A stretch of 64,000 nucleotides of DNA, from positions 12,995 to 76,994 of the forward strand of contig DCGU01000090.1 of the NCBI GenBank assembly GCA_002315325.1. Direction: 5' to 3'. Position numbers and translations under genes: made by a program. Under the pieces are notes generated by a model, which saw only the letters and a list, made by a program, of their open reading frames with translations, searched no databases and was not told the origin of the DNA. Source of the stretch: Clostridiales bacterium UBA1770 (GTDB taxonomy: Bacteria > Bacillota > Clostridia > Oscillospirales > CAG-272). Each line of letters opens with the position of its first letter. Position 1 is the first letter of the stretch. This document shows positions 57,899 through 64,000 of the stretch, piece after piece.

Positions 57899-60742
57899 AT
57901 GACCCTATCACAACGCTATAAGAATCTGAAAACGAAAATCGGCGGCAATCGCGAACTCATGCACTATGAAGAGACGTTCGGTCAGCCGATGGAGGAAAGA
58001 AACCATATCACTATGCCGGCACGGCATATCGTTCGTATTTTATCCGAAATTGAGTATGCCATTCATCTTTCCATAGAGTTGGGCGGCAAATACGATGACG
58101 TCATTGGCGACTGCCTATCTTTCTTGGAAACAGCATTTGCACAGGATGGTGCGTTAACCAAGAATGCCGCAGAAAATGCAGAAAAGATTCTTTCTCCGCT
58201 TGAAAAAGACGCAAAATCGTATTCTTTGATTTTAGCCGGCCATGCACACATCGATATGAACTGGCTGTGGAGCTGGACGGAAACCGTTGCTGCAACGGTT
58301 GCCACCTTTACAACCATTTTGAAAATCATGGACGAATACCCGACGTTCTGCTACAGCCAGTCACAGGCTTCCATTTACAAAATCATTGACGATTATGCAC
58401 CTGAACTGCATGACAAAATCAAGCAGCGCATTGACGAAGGTCGTTGGGAAGTCACGGCATCCCAGTGGGTGGAAACCGACGAAAACATGCCGGGAACTGA
58501 ATCTCTGCTCCGTCACGTTTCCTCAACCCACAAATACATGAATGACAAATGGGGCATCCCGGCTGAAAAACTGGAAATTGATTTTACCCCCGACTCTTTC
58601 GGCCACAGTGCCAATATGGCGGAGATTCATAACTTCGGCGGCGTCAAATATATGTATCACTGCCGCGGTTTGGACAACGCTCCGGCCTTGTATCGCTGGG
58701 TAAGCCAATCCGGCAAAGACGTGTTGGTTTATCGTGAGCAAAAATGGTACAACAATGCCATTACGCCGAATATGGCCATGTGCGTTTTTGACATTGCCAA
58801 ACGTTCGGGAGGATTGAAAACCGGGCTCGTCGTTTACGGTGTCGGCGACCACGGCGGCGGACCGACCAGACGCGACGTCAATCGTGCCTTGGAAATGATG
58901 GAATGGCCGATATTCCCTGCCATTCGTTTCGGCACGTTCCGTGAATACTTCAAGATTGCCGAGAGTGTACGCGACAAAGTCACTGTCGTTGACCATGAAC
59001 TGAACTTCAACCATACCGGCTGCTATACGACGCAATCCCGTCTCAAACGCGGCAACAAGCGCAGCGAAGCGGCATTGTCCGAGGCTGAAAACGCCATGAC
59101 GATTGCTGCATCCGTTGTCGATGCAACCTTTCACGGTGAGGCATTGGAAAATGCCTGGCAAAAGGTTCTTTTCACCCACTTCCATGACATTTTAACCGGT
59201 TCCTGCGTGCAGGATTCCCGCGAACACGCCATGGGACTGTTCCAGGACGCCCTGGCCACTGCCAATACGGAAACGACGCTGGCCCTGCAAAAAATAAGCG
59301 CCGCCATTGACACTTCGAAGGTCCCCTACGTTGATGATAAAGATGCCCAGTCCATCGGTGCGGGTGTCGGTTTTGGTATTTCTACGTTCGGCGGCAGACC
59401 CGTATCGGAAAACGGTTGCGGGCCGGTTCGTATTTGGAACCTATTCAATAATACGTTCGTTGATAAAGAAGAACCTGTAGAGATTACCGTTTGGGACTGG
59501 ACCGGCGATATGCGCTATATCCGCATTACGGATACAGACGGCAACGAACTTCCCTTCCAACTTTTGGACAAAGACACGATAAGATATTGGGACCACGAGT
59601 ATTTCCGTATTTTGGTCGACGCAAAAATACCGGCACTGTCTTATATGACAGTCGTTTTGGCCGAAAAAGAAATCGACGAATATCCGTTCTATTTTAACGA
59701 AGCTTATAACCGCCTGCCCGATACCGACCCTGTTCTTGATAACGGGATCATTCGCGTCGGCTTTGACAGACGAACCGGTGCCATTATTTCCATGCAGGAC
59801 GCCAAGACCGGCAAGGAATATATTGCTGCCGGAGAAAAAGCCACGCTGTATTTGATCGATACAAACACGCACAATTCCAGCGGTTGGTATATCGGTTCTC
59901 ATTTTTCCGCAACACCGATTACGGGGCTGACAAACTTTACGTTCTCAAACGGCAACCTTCGCCAAACGGTTGCGTACGATGCGCTTTTCCTTTCTTCCAA
60001 GGTAACCGTCACGTACGCACTGGATAAACACGCCTCCGCCGTCTCCGTCCATATTAATCTTGACTGGTCCGAGATACACGGAAAGACAATTCCCGTCCTC
60101 TCGTTCGTTGTTCCGCTGTCCTATCAAACGGATGCTTTCCGCTACAATATTCCCGCCGGTTACATTGACAGACCTGCCACCGATGAGGAACGTCCCGGAC
60201 TTTCCTACGTTCTTGCCCTGCAAAACGACGGCCTTTGTGCCGGCATTTCCGCCGACAGCAAATACGGCTACAGAGCACTGTCCCACAACGGCCACGCTGT
60301 CATTGAGTCAACGCTGATCAACGCGTCAGATTTCCCCGATCCTTATCCGGAGCGCGGTATTCATGATATCACGCTGTGCGTAGGTCTGTTTGACAGTGAC
60401 CCCGTCAAAATGGAAAAAACGACACAGTCGCTCCATCGGCACGTCACACCGATTTCCACCGGAGCGCATAAAGGCACCCTGCCCGTTGCCGGCTCATTCC
60501 TCAAGTATGATGCCCCCGGCGCCGTTGTTACCGCTATATGGCCTGAAAACGGTTCTCTTTGCGTCAGAATGCTTTCACTGGCCAATGAAGCGACCACCGT
60601 CACGTTGTCCCGTGCAGGCGTTAAATCGGCGCTTGTAACCGATATGAAGGGTAATGAAATCGGCAAGGCAATCGTAAAGAATGGTACCGTTTCCGCTTCT
60701 ATCAACCCGCACTGCCTCATTACCGTCAAAATGACGTTCTGA
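57899..60742 (+). CDS. Alpha-mannosidase, glycoside hydrolase family 38 (947 aa, cytoplasmic)
   Basis: GH38 N-terminal catalytic motif (LAGHAHIDMNWLW..), DSFGHS, middle and C-terminal beta domains, no signal peptide. GGAGG SD before the ATG at 57899. Confidence 0.85.
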   Translation: MTLSQRYKNLKTKIGGNRELMHYEETFGQPMEERNHITMPARHIVRILSEIEYAIHLSIELGGKYDDVIGDCLSFLETAFAQDGALTKNAAENAEKILSPLEKDAKSYSLILAGHAHIDMNWLWSWTETVAATVATFTTILKIMDEYPTFCYSQSQASIYKIIDDYAPELHDKIKQRIDEGRWEVTASQWVETDENMPGTESLLRHVSSTHKYMNDKWGIPAEKLEIDFTPDSFGHSANMAEIHNFGGVKYMYHCRGLDNAPALYRWVSQSGKDVLVYREQKWYNNAITPNMAMCVFDIAKRSGGLKTGLVVYGVGDHGGGPTRRDVNRALEMMEWPIFPAIRFGTFREYFKIAESVRDKVTVVDHELNFNHTGCYTTQSRLKRGNKRSEAALSEAENAMTIAASVVDATFHGEALENAWQKVLFTHFHDILTGSCVQDSREHAMGLFQDALATANTETTLALQKISAAIDTSKVPYVDDKDAQSIGAGVGFGISTFGGRPVSENGCGPVRIWNLFNNTFVDKEEPVEITVWDWTGDMRYIRITDTDGNELPFQLLDKDTIRYWDHEYFRILVDAKIPALSYMTVVLAEKEIDEYPFYFNEAYNRLPDTDPVLDNGIIRVGFDRRTGAIISMQDAKTGKEYIAAGEKATLYLIDTNTHNSSGWYIGSHFSATPITGLTNFTFSNGNLRQTVAYDALFLSSKVTVTYALDKHASAVSVHINLDWSEIHGKTIPVLSFVVPLSYQTDAFRYNIPAGYIDRPATDEERPGLSYVLALQNDGLCAGISADSKYGYRALSHNGHAVIESTLINASDFPDPYPERGIHDITLCVGLFDSDPVKMEKTTQSLHRHVTPISTGAHKGTLPVAGSFLKYDAPGAVVTAIWPENGSLCVRMLSLANEATTVTLSRAGVKSALVTDMKGNEIGKAIVKNGTVSASINPHCLITVKMTF

Positions 60743-60757
60743 TAAGCCAATCCATAC

Positions 60758-60792
60758 AAAAACGCACCTGCGAGATTCGCAGGTGCGTTTTT
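60758..60792. terminator. Bidirectional terminator (GH38 / TIM-barrel gene)
   Basis: AAAAACGCACCTGCGA-GAT-TCGCAGGTGCGTTTTT. Confidence 0.85.
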
Positions 60793-60884
60793 AACATATG
60801 ACGGCCAAAGGCATCGTACCGCAGGGTACCGACTCTCCATCCGCGCCTTTTGGCCATTTTCTTATTTGACTTTTTATCTGCGGA

Positions 60885-61670
60885 TTAACGTGATAAAAAG
60901 GCGCGCAAAGCGTCCGCTTCTTTGGGCAGCGATTCCGGTTTGTCATCCGGCATAAACTCCAACAACCACCAAGGGTCGGCTCCGTCAGCCGCCAAAATCT
61001 CGGCGTAGTCACGCCACAAATCCACGGCGGAAAACAGCGTATCCCGCGTTCCGGGTGTCGGCCAGTTGAACACGTGCACGTTGACGAGTTTTGACCGTAA
61101 AGCATTAGCCGCCTCTTTATTATAGGCAACGTCATATTGATTATTCGGCTGCCAATAGGTCATGATTTCCGGGCAATCCACGTCACAAAGGAATTTTTGC
61201 GCCGCATGATATTCATCGGTAATCGTGTCGCCGTGACATTCAAACGCAACTTTCACGCCAAGTGCACGCGCCCGTTTACCGACGTCTTTTGCCTCGGCAA
61301 CGAGAGCGCGATAGGTGTCGGCGTCAATGGCAGCTGAGCCTTTGTTATACCCCCAAATTCTGACGGCGGGTGCGCCCAAAACGTCTGCCGTTTGAAATAC
61401 GTTATCAATCAGCGGCGCGTATGCAGTCCCGTAGGTACCCAAACGGTAATATGAACCGTATGACGTCACGGATAAACCGTTTTCCCGTGTCAGAGCGGCA
61501 ACCTCGCGGGCTCTTTCAAGTTCACCCGGTTTTACGTGAATATCGCCGCCCCATTCAATACCGTGCAAACCGGCACCCGCAGCGGCCTCAATCACACTTT
61601 CGCAGGACAACTGACGAAAAGAAACCGAAACCAAACCGATTTTAGCTAAATTAAAGGATTTTTCACTCAT
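60885..61670 (-). CDS. Sugar phosphate isomerase/epimerase (xylose isomerase-like TIM barrel). Start moved to MSEKSF...
   Basis: AP endonuclease 2 / xylose-isomerase-like TIM barrel pattern (GLHGIEWGGD.H, VAFECHGDT). The long ORF start overlaps the upstream gene. GAGGAA SD. Confidence 0.75.
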   Translation of the reverse strand: MSEKSFNLAKIGLVSVSFRQLSCESVIEAAAGAGLHGIEWGGDIHVKPGELERAREVAALTRENGLSVTSYGSYYRLGTYGTAYAPLIDNVFQTADVLGAPAVRIWGYNKGSAAIDADTYRALVAEAKDVGKRARALGVKVAFECHGDTITDEYHAAQKFLCDVDCPEIMTYWQPNNQYDVAYNKEAANALRSKLVNVHVFNWPTPGTRDTLFSAVDLWRDYAEILAADGADPWWLLEFMPDDKPESLPKEADALRAFLSR

Positions 61671-61687
61671 TTTATTGATGGTTCCTC

Positions 61688-63658
61688 TCATTTTGTTTCC
61701 GTTTGATAATCGATATTGCCGTTTTGGCGGTAACTGCGCCAAACGTTTTCAAAGAAACCGCCGCCCGCCGGCAAGGGTCTTACAGGGCGAACGGATGACG
61801 TGATTTCATTGTTTTCCAACGTCATCAACATCACGTTGTCGTCCCATTTTCCCGTATCCGGAATAAAGCGGAACACGTCCTCCAAATTCATTGCGGCACG
61901 ACCGTTTTTGTCCGAATATAATGCGGACCCGCGGGACAAACCGCCCATATCCACGTACGCCAGCATAGCAGATAAATACATCCGCTGGCACAACAGCGTA
62001 TCGCGCAATTTATACGCAATCAATACACCTGCTTTCGTGGAAGCGCCGACTGCGGATGAAAAGTCATCCAGCAGTGTCTTAGTTTGCCGCAAAGCATCTT
62101 TAATGGCTGCGGTATTGCGAATGGCGCCGCCGGCATGACTCATACGAATGCGGGCCTGCTCCAACAACGCCGCAGCGTTATCCGGTTTTCCGCTTACCGC
62201 TTGCATTAAATCGGTATGCATTTTCAGCGCCGGTGACGCTGCATCGGCAAAAGCGTCCTTTGCAGCCAACGGACGGCGGTGAGAAGCCGCATACAATGCG
62301 GCACGCAGCGAACCGACCTGACCGCTGTTCAGCGCGGAACCGCCCGGACGATACACACCGTGCGTTCCGGCCACTTCCCCTGCGGCAAAGAAGCCGGGAA
62401 TGGCCGTTTGCCACCACATATCCACGTCCAGCCCGCCGTTATTGTGCTGGGCACACAGGGCAATTTCCAGCATTTCCGTTTTTAAATCCAGTCCTTTGGA
62501 CAGATACAAATCGTATGCCGGCGCGTTCATATGCAGCAGGCGTTCCAACGGTGTACCGAACAATGCGCCGGCCGACGCCAGATAGCGGTATCCTTCTTCA
62601 TCCATAGTAAAGTCAAGCGCATCGACACAACCGGGGTTGTTGCGGAAATCCAAATAGACGCGGCGGCCGCGCAGTGCCGTCTCACGATATACCAATAGAT
62701 CAATGACCGAAGAACCGTCCAACGCTTTGCGGCTGTCAAACGGCCACTGATACCCTTTTTTGAAAACGGCAGACAGGGTTTTGCCCATATCGCCGTAGTA
62801 CTCGCTCAAAAACTCGTGCTCGGTTCCGTTCTCGTCAACGGATACGAAACGCGGCAACACCTGCATATACGTGCCGGATACGTTCCAACGCGGATTGACG
62901 GAAGCCAAGCCGTACTGCCATTCCGTCAGATTTTTACCGGGAATACCCGCCTCAAAAGCAACGCCGGAGGAACCGGTATGGCAGGCGGGATAAACGCTGT
63001 CGGCGTACATGCCGGCAGGACCGCCGGTACACCAAATCACCTGTGACGATTGAATCAGCACAAAACGATTTTCGGGTGAATCTGCCGCATCTTCATCCAA
63101 TGCCAAAAGCCCGACAACGCCGTTCTCGTCCCTCAAAACAGAAACGACCAGCAAACCATCCATCACAGGGATGCCGGCACGCAACACTGCCTGCTCCAGC
63201 TTTTCCGTCATCATTTTAGACGTCAGAGGTCCTACGGACGTTGCCCGCGCACAGGGATCGTGATCGGTTTTGTAGCCGACGTATTCCCCCAAACTGTTGG
63301 TCGGGAACGGAACGCCGAGTTCCACCAAATTCAAAAAGCTGCGGACGGAATTAGCCGCCTCCGCATAGGCTATATCGCCGTCAACACATTTGCCGGCGAA
63401 CAAATCTTTTGCCATGGCAGCCGGCGAATCCGGCATATCGGCGCAAAGATTCATTTTGTAATAGGTTTGTTTATCGGAGCCGGTATTACGGGACGTACCC
63501 GTATTAACGCCTTCCGTCACAATGGCAACGTCAGTCAGCCCTTCACGGAACAAACGCAAAGCGGCATTATATCCTGCCGCACCGGTACCGACCACAACCG
63601 CTTCAAACGTGCGGCATTCTGCGGTCATACCGGCAATGGTTATTCTCTCTCTTTTCAT
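61688..63658 (-). CDS. FAD-binding oxidoreductase (fumarate reductase / aspartate oxidase flavoprotein-like, 656 aa)
   Basis: N-terminal dinucleotide fold VVVGTGAAGYNAALRL. Later FAAGEVAGTHGVYRPGGSALNSGQV, typical of the FAD_binding_2 family. Confidence 0.7.
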   Translation of the reverse strand: MKRERITIAGMTAECRTFEAVVVGTGAAGYNAALRLFREGLTDVAIVTEGVNTGTSRNTGSDKQTYYKMNLCADMPDSPAAMAKDLFAGKCVDGDIAYAEAANSVRSFLNLVELGVPFPTNSLGEYVGYKTDHDPCARATSVGPLTSKMMTEKLEQAVLRAGIPVMDGLLVVSVLRDENGVVGLLALDEDAADSPENRFVLIQSSQVIWCTGGPAGMYADSVYPACHTGSSGVAFEAGIPGKNLTEWQYGLASVNPRWNVSGTYMQVLPRFVSVDENGTEHEFLSEYYGDMGKTLSAVFKKGYQWPFDSRKALDGSSVIDLLVYRETALRGRRVYLDFRNNPGCVDALDFTMDEEGYRYLASAGALFGTPLERLLHMNAPAYDLYLSKGLDLKTEMLEIALCAQHNNGGLDVDMWWQTAIPGFFAAGEVAGTHGVYRPGGSALNSGQVGSLRAALYAASHRRPLAAKDAFADAASPALKMHTDLMQAVSGKPDNAAALLEQARIRMSHAGGAIRNTAAIKDALRQTKTLLDDFSSAVGASTKAGVLIAYKLRDTLLCQRMYLSAMLAYVDMGGLSRGSALYSDKNGRAAMNLEDVFRFIPDTGKWDDNVMLMTLENNEITSSVRPVRPLPAGGGFFENVWRSYRQNGNIDYQTETK

Positions 63659-63672
63659 CTTCCGATCACGAA

Positions 63673-64000
63673 TTACAGTCTGCGGATATGCATACCGCCG
63701 TCAACGCTGACGGACTGGCCGGTCGTATACCCGAGTGCACCTGTGCACAGCGCCAAAATCGTTTTTGCACAGTCATCCGGTTGACCCCAACGTCCCTGCG
63801 GTACCAAACCGCCTGCAATCAAATTATCATATTTTTCTTTTACCGTTGCCGTCATACCCGTTGCAATAACGCCGGGGCAAATTTCATTGACCAATATACC
63901 CTCACCGGCAAGTCTGTCGGCAAACAGCGTGGTAATCATCGTCACACCGGCTTTGGAAATGCAGTATTCCCCGCGGGAAGTCGAACTGGTGTACGCGGAG
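63673..64000 (-). CDS. SDR-family oxidoreductase, C-terminal part (the gene continues beyond the right edge)
   Basis: YCISKAG (YxxxK) is readable in frame upstream of the listed ORF, followed by NEICPGVIATGM and a ...GQSVSVDGG C-terminus. Confidence 0.75.
   Translation of the reverse strand, partial: SAYTSSTSRGEYCISKAGVTMITTLFADRLAGEGILVNEICPGVIATGMTATVKEKYDNLIAGGLVPQGRWGQPDDCAKTILALCTGALGYTTGQSVSVDGGMHIRRL

Noticed and set aside
60793-60884. Long imperfect hairpin GGCCAAAGGC...GCCTTTTGGCC (with inner GTACC/GGTAC) downstream of the TIM-barrel gene, considered as an ncRNA or repeat element.
   Set aside because: It is a single copy with no flanking promoter. It lies between a stop codon and the strong bidirectional terminator, and is most simply part of the 3' UTR.

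Overview
The window is a 64-kb stretch of a Firmicutes/Clostridia-type chromosome. Evidence for that placement: Gram-positive PolC, an ecfA1-ecfA2-ecfT-truA module, a T-box leader, and a ylxM-ffh-rpsP-KH cluster. I call 51 protein genes (one truncated at the right edge), 2 tRNAs (Ser-CGA, Thr-GGU) and one T-box leader truncated at the left edge. I also call about 18 near-consensus sigma-A promoters (TTGACA-17-TATAAT type) and about 17 intrinsic terminators. Most of the content is housekeeping:
- Replication and repair: polC, ruvCAB, comEC.
- Translation: rpsB-tsf-pyrH-frr, ffh, rpsP, truA, rsmE.
- Envelope and isoprenoid: uppS-cdsA-dxr-rseP-ispG, ispE, dxs.
- An ECF transporter core.

The more accessory material falls in two places:
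- A run of poorly characterised genes at 23.9-30.3 kb: DUF2974 hydrolase, degenerate MGS-like protein, DD-carboxypeptidase, beta-helix protein, DUF1846, membrane protein.
- Carbohydrate-related units at 45.4-50.7 kb and 56.3-64 kb: GH2 beta-galactosidase, a repeat-bearing surface protein, glpK-GH38, and a convergent SDR/FAD-oxidoreductase/TIM-barrel cluster.

I see no CRISPR array, transposase, integrase, prophage, toxin-antitoxin pair or recognisable defence system, and I cannot honestly claim a novel multi-gene system here. The signals most worth following are non-coding:
- A recurrent 'A/T tract + GAGCCGC/GGCGGC hairpin + G-run SD' module directly upstream of four unrelated genes.
- Long GC-rich structured leaders upstream of ruvAB and ispE that match no riboswitch I recognise.
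- A roughly 300-bp unexplained gap upstream of a tandem CNNM pair.

Protein-level oddities are a ClpC-type ATPase with a zinc-ribbon N-terminus, an MGS-like protein lacking the catalytic residues, and a probably abundant C-terminally anchored surface protein. All calls come from reading the sequence and ORF translations by eye. No database search was run.
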